Below are positions 30,008 through 40,048 of a DNA stretch of 64,000 nt, piece after piece. Under the pieces are notes generated by a model. It was given only the letters and a program-made list of their open reading frames with translations. It ran no database searches and had not been told where the DNA came from. The first letter of the stretch is position 1. Each line of letters opens with the position of its first letter. Made by a program: the position numbers and the translations under genes. Source of the stretch: a phage; assembly GCA_032986305.1 (NCBI GenBank), contig GCA_032986305.1_3672.1. One strand, given 5' to 3'.

Positions 30008-30561
30008 ATGATCGGGCGGCTCGCCACCTGATCTACATATTTAAAAAATCTGTCATTATCGTTTCTTGAACTATGGCTTTCCTCTGTGTATCGATAAGGA
30101 AAACCTCTTAACCAACTGTTGAAGATGGAAGAGATGGATATGGACAGAGCACTATTCTCCCCTGTCTGAATAGCCATGTCTGTTATAAGGCCGTCAAACA
30201 AGCCATTAGTTGTGACAGGTAAACCATTCTCCATAGCGGTGATATATAACGTGGCACGGCAACCAGAGTACTCCGTCTTCAGTAGATCGCCAACATATTT
30301 AGGATCAAACCCGTTCAATGTTGCTACCACAGATCCGAAGTTGGTGGCATCTTTCTCAGACACAGCAGTCAATGTTGCTGATCCACCTATCCCTATAAAA
30401 TGTTGCCCCTCAATAACCACAACACCAGTTCCTGAGCACACCCTGACAGTCCCTGTTGGCAGCTCTAGCTTTGCAGCAATTAAGATCTCAACACCATCAA
30501 GCTCTAGCTTTTCAAGAAATAAATTATCTAATGGCGCTCTTATCATCTTAGAAATCCTCAA
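29995..30561 (-). CDS. hypothetical protein (188 aa)
   Basis: ORF overlapping neighbours in the same orientation. Confidence 0.4.
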   Translation of the reverse strand: MRISKMIRAPLDNLFLEKLELDGVEILIAAKLELPTGTVRVCSGTGVVVIEGQHFIGIGGSATLTAVSEKDATNFGSVVATLNGFDPKYVGDLLKTEYSGCRATLYITAMENGLPVTTNGLFDGLITDMAIQTGENSALSISISSIFNSWLRGFPYRYTEESHSSRNDNDRFFKYVDQVASRPIIWEV

Positions 30562-31138
30562 AGAAGTTGATAACTATATTATCACCTTTCTGCATAGCAT
30601 CAACCTTTTGCTTAATTTTATAAAGATCTCGGATATGAAATCTACCCTTCGGAGATTGAGTTATTATTTTCATGGTATCCCCTGCGGCAATAGGTTTCCT
30701 AAGTCTTGGGGATATGTTTATAACAGCGGCCCCAACACCATCACTTCGTACTGAGGCTGTCACCACTTTCAACTCATCATTGACAGATATTTTATCCCCA
30801 GCTCTGGCTATATCCCTGTTAGGCTCCCAACCAACCGTCTTCAAAAAATCGTCGTTACCAGTTGGTCCAAGAGCGATTGGCTCGTTGGAGGTCACTGAAT
30901 GCCCATAAGCCTTGATAAGAAAAATATTTCCATCTTTGTAAACCTGATCAACAAAACTTTTAAGCTCCAACAACTGAGACTCGCTGATATTGGAAACCGT
31001 CAAAGTGCCTTTCCAGTTAGGCGTGGCATAGGTGACTTTTTGCGTCTTACCTGTAAACGGGCTTTTAAATGTAACGATGTCTGCCAGTAGCTCCAGTCTA
31101 ATATCTGGAAGGTATCTAGGCCTTTCCCATAAAAACAT
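30548..31138 (-). CDS. hypothetical protein (196 aa), possible minor tail protein
   Basis: ORF; weak resemblance to lambda gpM-like minor tail proteins, from memory only. Confidence 0.35.
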   Translation of the reverse strand: MFLWERPRYLPDIRLELLADIVTFKSPFTGKTQKVTYATPNWKGTLTVSNISESQLLELKSFVDQVYKDGNIFLIKAYGHSVTSNEPIALGPTGNDDFLKTVGWEPNRDIARAGDKISVNDELKVVTASVRSDGVGAAVINISPRLRKPIAAGDTMKIITQSPKGRFHIRDLYKIKQKVDAMQKGDNIVINFFEDF

Positions 31139-31200
31139 TGTGCCTCCCGGTTAACAATTATGATAGTTATTTTACCAGATTTTAAGTTAATACGCAATAC

Positions 31201-31226
31201 AAACAAAAAGCCCCCGCCGAAGCGAG
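31201..31226 (-). terminator. rho-independent terminator
   Basis: Minus-strand hairpin gccctcgc-ttcg-gcggggg followed by CTTTTTGTTT; loop and stem closely resemble the 25694-25722 terminator. Confidence 0.6.
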
Positions 31227-31235
31227 GGCAATACT

Positions 31236-31568
31236 TTAAAGTGCTTCCAAGGTAGATACTGATTGGTCGAACATGTTCAACCTTATCGGATCTACAACTT
31301 TTCCGCTTTTCGAGACGATGTTTTCTGCATCCTCGTCTAGAGCCAGAACGTTGACATAAAACAATTTACTTTTCTCGCAAACTGGGTAGACAACCATGTT
31401 GCCAAACTCGTCCTCGGCCTCATAAGTGTCTTCAGTTTCTGTGTAAATGAGCCCGACAACCTCTACAAGAAGGGTGTTTTGCAACACCTCATTCTCGTAA
31501 AAGCCGATTTCGTCCATGAAACCATTAAAATCCTCCCTGTCAGTAAACCCAAGGGTAAAAGTATTCAT
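31236..31568 (-). CDS. hypothetical acidic protein (110 aa)
   Basis: ORF, start overlaps the stop of the 1479-aa fiber gene. Confidence 0.4.
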   Translation of the reverse strand: MNTFTLGFTDREDFNGFMDEIGFYENEVLQNTLLVEVVGLIYTETEDTYEAEDEFGNMVVYPVCEKSKLFYVNVLALDEDAENIVSKSGKVVDPIRLNMFDQSVSTLEAL

Positions 31569-34500
31569 TATTCAACACTCTCCATCATAAGCTGGGTGTC
31601 TGTCAATGCAGAGTTCCAAACTCTTACATCTTTAATATGACCAAACAAATGTCTTTCTCCTGTCGCTGTTTGACCGCCGAGACGGATGAGAGCGCCTCCT
31701 GCCAGGAATTCCCAAGAAGATTGTGTTTCCGTGCTCACCAGACCGTTGGCAAAAGAGCAGGTTTTACCATCTTCTTTTATCCTGAACCCCATCTTCAACT
31801 TACGTGCTTTAGCCATCTCATAAACACGTCTGTTTGAACCACCAATATCGCAATATGGATAACCATCTTCTGCAATATTCGCTGCAGAGCCAAACCCCAT
31901 GATAAATGCAGCGCCGGATTGATGACCCTCTGTATCAATAACCCTAGGAGCTGCGTTAGGAGCTTTTCCCCAACCTCTCCAGTTGGCATCCACAGTAGCG
32001 GCGATGGTGAACGGTCTAGGTGCTAAATTATCAGTCATTGGGAATTTACAAAGGTCTGCTGCCCTAGTCACTGGTGAAGACCCTGTAGGGATAAACGAGG
32101 ACTCACAAGATCCTAACTCAAACTGAGGTATTGCGACGTCAATCCAATCCCCTGCGGCGTGTTGAGAACCCTCCGGCGGGGCAATCTGGAACTGGCACCC
32201 AATATTCATGTCAGAGGCCACTGCCTCAAACGTAGCAACAACCCTTATCCAAGCAGGTCCGGCTGTTTGCCATCTCTCAGCTTTTACTTTAATTCTCCCG
32301 GCTGCACCACCTGTTGTTTTAACTTCAAGTGTTGACAGGTTAACATAGGCATCACCCTGGAATACTGTGGTGGATCCGTTATACATGTCGAATCTTACAC
32401 GCAGTCTCTGGTGAGCTTTACCACCTCTTGCAATAATAGATCCAGTACAAAATTTCTCAGCACCTGTTACATCTGCACCTCGGGTGGCTGGAACTGTAGC
32501 CAGGTTTAACGCCGTTGTTTCTACACCGGATACGTTGCTTACTGTAAATCTTGCACCTTTTGTGCCGTTGGTGTTTGTTACAGTGTTGCCGACCGTAATC
32601 TGTGACTGGGCTCCCCATTTGCTCGGGTCTTCACTGTTAAGCATCAGATTTGTCCTTTGACCTTCAATGAGCAGACCATCTCTTTCGAAACGTGGTTGGT
32701 TTGCCTGTGCAACAGCCATGACACCGCGCTTAGTGAAATATGTTGCTGTAGAAGGTCTGGAGAACACCATCTCACCTTCACCTAGTACAGGTTTTAGATT
32801 AGAGGTTAAAGGCAACCACAGGTCAGGCATGACTGGGGCAGTTGTACTTTCTGGGAAGCTCGTTCTCTTCCAAGGGCTCCAGTTCATTCCGCTGCCAGTG
32901 TTATTATAGTACCTTTCCCACGTTCCCCCAAGATACATTTTATATATCTGGACACAACCTGTACCTTCGTTGGCAGAGTTTCTAAGCACGATCAGCGTAC
33001 CAGCCATCTGCTGCCCTGGTGGGTAGTGTCTTTCCGCTGTGGCGTTGGCATTTGCCTCTTGATGGTAAATACCTTCGCGATCCGCTTTGTAATCGTTAAG
33101 GTCACTAGTCCCCAACCCTTGACCACGGTGCTGAATAACTTTGTTCCACGCTCTGTGGTTACCCTGCTCTATGGAACGGGTGTACAGCTGATCTAAACGA
33201 CCTGCCATCTGGAAAGCATAGTTTCCAGAAAACGCCACAGACAGACCGCCAACAACCATCGAACCTTCTGGCCCGTTGACGTTGCCAGCCATTATTTTGG
33301 ACGGATTATTATTTCCGAACTGGTTGTTCCAGTCTGCACCTGTGTGGCATACAAAACCACCAGGGGCCGAGAAAGTACCGTCTTTGTTGAAATTGTAGAA
33401 TCTGTGAGCGGAACCTACAACATCACGAACAATAACTTGACCAGCTTCTGGAGTAGACCTGAACTCTGCTTGGCCTTGGAGGCCAGCACCATTGCCGCAT
33501 TTAGAGGTAAACGTACCGTTAGTCAGGTCATCTGTCCCATCCGATGCGCACTGGAATCCTGCATTAGAGAATAACGCCTTTCTAGGACTGCCGTAGCACA
33601 AATAATCAATACCGTCTGCCCATAGCTCGACTTTTGGCATGTTCATTTTGCTCATCACCGCATAGCGTTCAGCAGTGCCTATATAGTGCCACTGTGTGCC
33701 GCCACCAGTGTAGAACCCAGAGGTACCTTTGAAGTCAACAATAGGTCTGGTGTTGGTATTGTTATCTCCAAGAACAGCCAGATTTAAATCTGCTGACTGG
33801 AGAGGTGCAACGAACTTAACACCGTCCTGATTGTTTGTTACAGAGCCAACTTGATAATCTTGCTCTCTGGTAAACACTTCGACAACATTTCTACTTGCGT
33901 ATATGCTGACAGGGAAAGCACGAGCCTCTGCATAGAAAGCAACATACTCTTGTTTACCCCTTGTCGGAGCAACCATCCCAAGAAGTGCTTTTTCATTTTG
34001 ATAGAAATTCACTACCCCGTAGAAAGAGTCCCCTCTATCTGTCCAACCGCCAGTTCTATAGTGGCACTGTAAGGTGGCGCAGTTCATAGGGTCACCGCCA
34101 GATGACGATCTGGTGACTAAGGTAATATCAGTGCCAGTTGCTGGAGCATAATACGGATCTGTTCTAACGATGATTGGGTAATATTTCCCATCTTCCATCC
34201 CTGCAGTTCTTGGCAGTGTTAAGAAATCTTTGACACCCGCAGCTATAGGAACTTTGAACAGATTCTGAGCATCTGCCAGGGTTGTAGCCCCTGTACCACC
34301 TGCAGCTTGAGGTAAAGGCTCCCACTTGGCCTTCCGGTTGTTATAAACACCCCACTCAAGCGTTCCTTCACCTTGCTCGTCCATACCGCCATCCCAGATG
34401 ACCATCTTGGCGGCTTTCTTAGATCCCCAGAAACCTCTTTCTGCTCCTGAACTGCGGATCCATTCTCCAAGTCCCCAGTTTGCCATCTGACCGTTCAGAT

Positions 34501-36007
34501 CACCAACCTGCATATATTTAGGACAATCTAAGACCCCATCCTCACGGAAACCTAAATATCTATGAGTTTCAGATCCTTTTGCACCTTTGTGCAGGTGGAT
34601 TGTTAACCACGCCCTATTGTCGTTTCTTACCTCGGAGTAGATCCTATAACCATGTTCAAGAACACCATCGGTGTTATATTTATCCCCATGGAGAATACCT
34701 GAAGCAGATTTAACATCTCCTGAGTATTGAGCTAAGTAAAGGTGCCCGAAAGCAGGGGAGTTGTTTTTACCAAGGCCGATATGAGATCTGAAGGTGTCAT
34801 CATTCCGAGGTCTGACCATCGGCTGCCATGCAGTCCACTGGTTTGTGTTGGCCTGATAGGTTCTCAAATACCAAACATCCACGTTAGAGAATGGATAGTA
34901 TTCCTGACGACAGCCTGTGCCACCGTTAGCATTGTTCTGCCAAACAATCAGGTGACCAGCACCAGAACCTGCAGGATAACCATTTGCCTCAGTTGCATTA
35001 GCAGTCATCGGCTGGTAGTATATGCCGTCCTGATTACCAGTCAAGTTATTGATATTGAAATTTTCCTCAAGGGCTGCACGTTGCTTATAGAAAGCACCGA
35101 TATTGATACGGACTCCAGCAGCATCTCTGGCTCCTGTACCGCCTTGCTCTATAGCAAGAGGTTGCCACGAGGCTGTTTGTTGGTTCCACATACCCCAACG
35201 ACCTGCTGCATCAAGCTGCAAGTACCCTGCCGTGTTTAAATCATCTCCGGCACGGATAACTGTTCTTGTTGGGTTGTTTGCCTCCAGGCGTTTAAATTCA
35301 TCACGAAGTGCTATTCTTTTTGTTGTTGCTACACCGTTGGTTACTGCAATGGTATACATGGCTCCAGAGGTAGCGCCACGGAAAACACCATCAACAGTCG
35401 TAGTATCACGACGAGATACCACACCGTTCAGAAATTTTTCACCAGCTGCTTCAGAAGGGTAGTTAGTAGTTCTTCCCTCTTCAATAACTGCAGGACCAAC
35501 AAAGTTGACAAGGTGAATAACATCACCTACAGTATGCACTGTACCAAAATCTACCCGCTGTGCAAGCGCTTTAGCATCGTTGGCTGTCTGAACCGTAACA
35601 TCCATTACATCCTGTACAGACTGCCCCTCGGCTGTCATGATCATAGATGCGCCAATGGTAGACTCCAGCTCCTCCCTTAAGGACGGGTCTGTATACACCA
35701 TCCATGCAGCGTCGGTGATCCCACCGTCAGAGTATGGTGAAGACAGTGCAGGAACAGTATGTGGAAATTCGCCTTTCCAACGCAGGTAGAGGTCTTCCTC
35801 TTCGAAGTAGGCAAAATCCATTGGGCCGTTTAACTTACCACCTTCCTTAAAGGAGATTACATGAGAAACAGTCCCATCCACATGGACAACATCGCCAATT
35901 TTTACACGACGGGTCAGGTCTGGTTGTTGAACAACCAGGTAATCATCCTCTGTCACTGCGGTAGTGGCAGGAAGAGATTCAATTCTGACAACTTTAATAT
36001 CAGCCAT
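31568..36007 (-). CDS. long tail fiber protein (1479 aa) with shared N-terminal attachment domain
   Basis: N-terminal about 100 aa homologous to the 38642..39310 product (DDYLVVQQPD..TRRVKIGDVV / FKEGGKL..DFAY); internal GGTGATTLADAQNLFKV and QGGTGARDAAGVRINIG fiber-type repeats; AGGAG before ATG. Confidence 0.65.
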   Translation of the reverse strand: MADIKVVRIESLPATTAVTEDDYLVVQQPDLTRRVKIGDVVHVDGTVSHVISFKEGGKLNGPMDFAYFEEEDLYLRWKGEFPHTVPALSSPYSDGGITDAAWMVYTDPSLREELESTIGASMIMTAEGQSVQDVMDVTVQTANDAKALAQRVDFGTVHTVGDVIHLVNFVGPAVIEEGRTTNYPSEAAGEKFLNGVVSRRDTTTVDGVFRGATSGAMYTIAVTNGVATTKRIALRDEFKRLEANNPTRTVIRAGDDLNTAGYLQLDAAGRWGMWNQQTASWQPLAIEQGGTGARDAAGVRINIGAFYKQRAALEENFNINNLTGNQDGIYYQPMTANATEANGYPAGSGAGHLIVWQNNANGGTGCRQEYYPFSNVDVWYLRTYQANTNQWTAWQPMVRPRNDDTFRSHIGLGKNNSPAFGHLYLAQYSGDVKSASGILHGDKYNTDGVLEHGYRIYSEVRNDNRAWLTIHLHKGAKGSETHRYLGFREDGVLDCPKYMQVGDLNGQMANWGLGEWIRSSGAERGFWGSKKAAKMVIWDGGMDEQGEGTLEWGVYNNRKAKWEPLPQAAGGTGATTLADAQNLFKVPIAAGVKDFLTLPRTAGMEDGKYYPIIVRTDPYYAPATGTDITLVTRSSSGGDPMNCATLQCHYRTGGWTDRGDSFYGVVNFYQNEKALLGMVAPTRGKQEYVAFYAEARAFPVSIYASRNVVEVFTREQDYQVGSVTNNQDGVKFVAPLQSADLNLAVLGDNNTNTRPIVDFKGTSGFYTGGGTQWHYIGTAERYAVMSKMNMPKVELWADGIDYLCYGSPRKALFSNAGFQCASDGTDDLTNGTFTSKCGNGAGLQGQAEFRSTPEAGQVIVRDVVGSAHRFYNFNKDGTFSAPGGFVCHTGADWNNQFGNNNPSKIMAGNVNGPEGSMVVGGLSVAFSGNYAFQMAGRLDQLYTRSIEQGNHRAWNKVIQHRGQGLGTSDLNDYKADREGIYHQEANANATAERHYPPGQQMAGTLIVLRNSANEGTGCVQIYKMYLGGTWERYYNNTGSGMNWSPWKRTSFPESTTAPVMPDLWLPLTSNLKPVLGEGEMVFSRPSTATYFTKRGVMAVAQANQPRFERDGLLIEGQRTNLMLNSEDPSKWGAQSQITVGNTVTNTNGTKGARFTVSNVSGVETTALNLATVPATRGADVTGAEKFCTGSIIARGGKAHQRLRVRFDMYNGSTTVFQGDAYVNLSTLEVKTTGGAAGRIKVKAERWQTAGPAWIRVVATFEAVASDMNIGCQFQIAPPEGSQHAAGDWIDVAIPQFELGSCESSFIPTGSSPVTRAADLCKFPMTDNLAPRPFTIAATVDANWRGWGKAPNAAPRVIDTEGHQSGAAFIMGFGSAANIAEDGYPYCDIGGSNRRVYEMAKARKLKMGFRIKEDGKTCSFANGLVSTETQSSWEFLAGGALIRLGGQTATGERHLFGHIKDVRVWNSALTDTQLMMESVE

Positions 36008-36042
36008 TCTTTCTCCTGAAAGGGGGCAAACAGCCCCCTATG

Positions 36043-38640
36043 TTAAAGGTACAATCCACGGTATTGAGCATAAAGTCCCAGACCGCGAAGGATTTCGCCA
36101 GAGTGATAGCCTACCGGATCAGAAACTGCCCAGCAGCCGTTTAAAACATTATCCCCGTTAATGAAGTGGTGCTTTTGCAGTAACTTCACACAGGCTTCTA
36201 CAACAATATCTATTTGAGGTATTGTCTCTGAATACCCGCACAGACCTAGCCAGCAGCAACCTGCAAGCCATTCACCTACCACCCACATCCTGTCCCCTCT
36301 GTCTTGATAAGAATATCCACCAGAGGTGTTAAAGTCTGTAGGTAGATTTCCTGAGTGAGAGGACTGGAATCTGTTGAGGAACCATGCCCATTTCTGGCAG
36401 AACAGGAACAGTCTTTCATCAACAGGTTCTTTATGTTTCTTAAGCTCATATAGTGTGCGACACGCAGCAACAAAGGCTCTTGATTGGAGTTTAGAGTTAT
36501 CTACCATCTCCCACCAACCAGTCAACCCCTCATTACCTCTCTGCCATACGTAGCGGGATGCAACTGGTCCTTCTGTTTTAAATGTGTTATTATACCAAAC
36601 TTGGGAGTCGTACATAAATCCAATCGTATTTGCCAATCTTTGACGATCTATGTTTTCCGCACCCATACAGTAGACTACCGGATATTGCATTCCGGGGTAG
36701 GGCCAATTTGGCCTTTCCTCTAGAAGATAATTTTCCTTATCTATCACCTTTCCGGCAGGGAACACACCTGGAGTGTGTCTGTATGCGCCTTGCTTGTAGT
36801 TTCTGACATAGCAATCACCAACCTTGGCTGTTGATTCTGTCTTGCTTGCCATCCATACACTAAACCAGATCAGATAAGCATCCCTATCTGCAACATAAAA
36901 TTGTGGCAGCGTGTTGACGCAATACAGATCGAACAAGCCATTGCCTATCTGCCTGTCGCTCAGATTGAAATCTACAGAGGTAATTCCTTTAGGGTTAGCA
37001 AAGAAAGGTTTAATCTCATCTTCTGTGTGATGAGGTTGTGTTGGGTCTAGTTTAAAATCACCTAGGGTAAGAGTTTCTGTTATCCATTGTCCATTAGTGG
37101 CATATAGATCAGCATACCATAACCAACGGTCTTTGTCAAGAAATTTGACCCTTATCATCTCATCATCTGATCGATAAGTTACTGAGTTTAAAGAAATCTC
37201 TCTTCCAAAATTGAAAGTTACCTTGCCTCTTGCTATGTTGCAACGGGTGAAGTTGTCGGAGTGGTTATAAATGTCGGTATCATACTGCATACTAACACTA
37301 GCGCCACCGCTTACGACAATGTTTTCCTCTTTTGGTAAGAGATACGGGTTACCATCTTTACCAACCACCTCTACGAAATCAGTAACCTTGGCAACTGTCT
37401 CTGTTACCTCTGCCCCTCCAAAAGGGACACCTATCCTATACTGTTTTTTGTTATTGTTGCCATCGTTAAGGATGAAGTGTGGCTGGAACAGAACCCCTTC
37501 TCCTCCGAAATTCATAACAATTTCAGCATCTCTGCCTATCTTGTATGTAGTCCCTTTTTGAATTATTTCGCAAGGCTGACGTGCGTTCATTCTAAAATTG
37601 ATATACCCGTCGCTGTCCCTGCTCATGACAGGAACTGTTCCTGCGACTAGACAAGTACCATCTGTGAACGGTGCCTTAATTAACGTGGTCTTTCTAAACA
37701 GTTTGTCGTAGGCATTTATATCGCTGAAATTAAGCAGCTTATTATAAGACTGCTTAAACGCGGTGTAATACTTTTCCTCACCTGTCAAGGTGTAGAGTTG
37801 ATAACAAGCGTCACACCACATTTCTTCCCCGTCCAACTCTGGGGCTTGATTGTCTGCAACCACGTTTATAGGATTTACAATTACAGGGGATCCAGCAGGT
37901 ATCACTGATCCACCCTGCTCTTGTGGCAATCTCACACAGTAGGTTACCTTGTGGCTGCCTGTAACACCCTTATCCTGCAGTTGGATTGTGCCGAACTCTA
38001 CAGACGTATGACCGCTGTCGGCTATGCTACCGTTAGCCCAATAGCGATTACCATCCCATGCTATATACCACTCAACCCACCAACTTAACCCAGATGTTGT
38101 CCAATTTGGGTTAGCATCTGTGCCGCCGTAAACATCAGAGTCTACAGTGTTTCTTCCTAGCACACCGTTATACGCTTGGAATGCCTTATCTAGGTATTCA
38201 CCCCATGTCGGAGATCCGGCTGGGATTTTTCCTCTACCATTGGTAAAAGACACCACTACATCTTTAAACCCGCCATGTGATGGAACCCCATCTGTGGATA
38301 ATGGGTAGTGGGACAATCTTTGCATTTTACTTTCTACTGCATAGGCACCCAGAAGATGACTGTTGTAGGCTTCCCAAGCTTCTTTGGCCCTATCTAGGTA
38401 AAAATCGCTTTTTGATGCCCTGTATGCCTCAATGTACCCCAGAATCAACACAGCCTGAGCTTCATGCATTGCCCAATCATTATTTATCTTACTTCCTGAC
38501 CAACCTGACGCTATAAGTCCATCCTGGTTTACCAGTTTGTTCTGCGTGGGGAGATTGGTAATGCCTGTGTTGTTATCGAGGCACTTCCTGTGCCCCTCAA
38601 TCATCTGAAATACGTTATCAATGTTGTGTTGAATACGCAT
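36043..38640 (-). CDS. tailspike-like protein (865 aa), possible glycan depolymerase module
   Basis: No N-terminal attachment domain; Trp/Tyr-rich, possible glycoside-hydrolase-like regions (speculative); start overlaps the stop of the attachment-domain gene. Confidence 0.45.
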   Translation of the reverse strand: MRIQHNIDNVFQMIEGHRKCLDNNTGITNLPTQNKLVNQDGLIASGWSGSKINNDWAMHEAQAVLILGYIEAYRASKSDFYLDRAKEAWEAYNSHLLGAYAVESKMQRLSHYPLSTDGVPSHGGFKDVVVSFTNGRGKIPAGSPTWGEYLDKAFQAYNGVLGRNTVDSDVYGGTDANPNWTTSGLSWWVEWYIAWDGNRYWANGSIADSGHTSVEFGTIQLQDKGVTGSHKVTYCVRLPQEQGGSVIPAGSPVIVNPINVVADNQAPELDGEEMWCDACYQLYTLTGEEKYYTAFKQSYNKLLNFSDINAYDKLFRKTTLIKAPFTDGTCLVAGTVPVMSRDSDGYINFRMNARQPCEIIQKGTTYKIGRDAEIVMNFGGEGVLFQPHFILNDGNNNKKQYRIGVPFGGAEVTETVAKVTDFVEVVGKDGNPYLLPKEENIVVSGGASVSMQYDTDIYNHSDNFTRCNIARGKVTFNFGREISLNSVTYRSDDEMIRVKFLDKDRWLWYADLYATNGQWITETLTLGDFKLDPTQPHHTEDEIKPFFANPKGITSVDFNLSDRQIGNGLFDLYCVNTLPQFYVADRDAYLIWFSVWMASKTESTAKVGDCYVRNYKQGAYRHTPGVFPAGKVIDKENYLLEERPNWPYPGMQYPVVYCMGAENIDRQRLANTIGFMYDSQVWYNNTFKTEGPVASRYVWQRGNEGLTGWWEMVDNSKLQSRAFVAACRTLYELKKHKEPVDERLFLFCQKWAWFLNRFQSSHSGNLPTDFNTSGGYSYQDRGDRMWVVGEWLAGCCWLGLCGYSETIPQIDIVVEACVKLLQKHHFINGDNVLNGCWAVSDPVGYHSGEILRGLGLYAQYRGLYL

Positions 38641-38641
38641 C

Positions 38642-39310
38642 TTAGATAGCTCCTGCTATAATCAGTGCCCCGTACCAAGTTAGCCCGTTGTCGTAGGTTT
38701 CTAACTTGAAAATATCTGTTGCACCAGCTGTAAATGTTAGGATAGGATCTCTTCCGTATGCCCATTTAACATTATCAGGCCAATAGACTTTGTTGCCTCC
38801 AGAGGTCTGAGTAATGCATACGGTTATAGTTCTCGCCACCCCTTCAAGGCCTTCTGTTTGATTTTCAAAAGAGATTGTGGTATTTGAAGTTAGTCGAACT
38901 TTAAAAGTGTCCGCAACTTCAAGATCCATATCAAGCTGACCACCAATAGATCCGTAATCAACTATTCTGCCAGAAGAAGTTGCAGCAAGCTCCCCAAAAA
39001 CAGACCAGGCTTTTGCAGACACACCCCCAGCACCCTCTACAGTAGAGTCTGGAAGGATTATTTTAGGATAATCCCCGTTCCACGTGTAGTAGCGCTTGGT
39101 CTCTGGGTCATAAGCAAAGTCCTTCTTGCTCTTAAGATAACCACCCTCTGTGAAATAGACTATTTTGGTAATGCTGAGATCGTTGACAACATCGTCAATC
39201 TTAGCCTTTCTTGTCCCATCAGTCTGATTGACAACCAAGAAGTCATCACTCAGGACTGTTTCTGCATCTTCAAGATCTGGAATTGGTATTGTAGGATAAG
39301 CTACAGCCAT
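38642..39310 (-). CDS. fiber attachment-domain protein (222 aa)
   Basis: Homologous to the N-terminus of the 1479-aa fiber; directly upstream of the 865-aa gene. Confidence 0.5.
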   Translation of the reverse strand: MAVAYPTIPIPDLEDAETVLSDDFLVVNQTDGTRKAKIDDVVNDLSITKIVYFTEGGYLKSKKDFAYDPETKRYYTWNGDYPKIILPDSTVEGAGGVSAKAWSVFGELAATSSGRIVDYGSIGGQLDMDLEVADTFKVRLTSNTTISFENQTEGLEGVARTITVCITQTSGGNKVYWPDNVKWAYGRDPILTFTAGATDIFKLETYDNGLTWYGALIIAGAI

Positions 39311-39319
39311 GATTTCTCC

Positions 39320-40036
39320 TTAGTTAACATCAATAGCACGACCAGACTGGTTGGCAATAGCCTCATCATTAGAGGTAGCAATAACACCAGAGTATTCGCG
39401 CTCATCTGGAGCAAGCGTCCAGGTATTGCGGTTAATGGTTTGTTCTGCCTCGGTCATCAGCAGATCTTTATCCTGAGTCAACAGAGAGCCGACAGGGATC
39501 GGGTTTTCCATCTCAGGACCAGCATACTGGTTCCACCATGTGGCATCTCCGGTTCTAGGCAACCTGAAGTTGATCAGGTAATACAGTTTATTAGCCCACT
39601 TAATCCAACCTTCATCATCACATAGAGAGGTTGTCCCAGAATCAGGTTGTGGATAGGTAAACTGATCAAGACCTACGAAAGCAAGTCTTACAATCTCGTT
39701 CTCCTTGGTAACAACCTCAAAGAACGCTTGATATGTTCTCGATCTTCGATCCATGGTAGATTGGAAGTTTATGATGTTTAGCACATCCGGCTCTTGTCTT
39801 GCCACTTCCATAATCTTGTTATCAAGAACAGTCTTCATGACTTTCTTGCTAAGAAAGTCCATATAAGGGAAGCCAAACAATTCGTCAAAGTACCAGCTCC
39901 CTTTCCAGGTATTAAACCTCATCCACAGGCGCTGGCGCAGACTTACTTGGTTCGAGTCTATCAACTTAAGACCTTTGTCTATCGCCAAATCGCCTGTCTG
40001 TGGGTCCATCAATATATCACTATAAAGCGTAGCCAT
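39320..40036 (-). CDS. gp25/gpW-like baseplate wedge protein with C-terminal extension
   Basis: MATLYSDI ... SLRQRLWMRFNTWKGSWYFDELFGFPY ... ARQEPDV fits the gp25 family pattern (T4 gp25 also begins LYSDI; EPRI-like motif). Confidence 0.55.
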   Translation of the reverse strand: MATLYSDILMDPQTGDLAIDKGLKLIDSNQVSLRQRLWMRFNTWKGSWYFDELFGFPYMDFLSKKVMKTVLDNKIMEVARQEPDVLNIINFQSTMDRRSRTYQAFFEVVTKENEIVRLAFVGLDQFTYPQPDSGTTSLCDDEGWIKWANKLYYLINFRLPRTGDATWWNQYAGPEMENPIPVGSLLTQDKDLLMTEAEQTINRNTWTLAPDEREYSGVIATSNDEAIANQSGRAIDVN

Positions 40037-40048
40037 GCAAGCCCTCTA

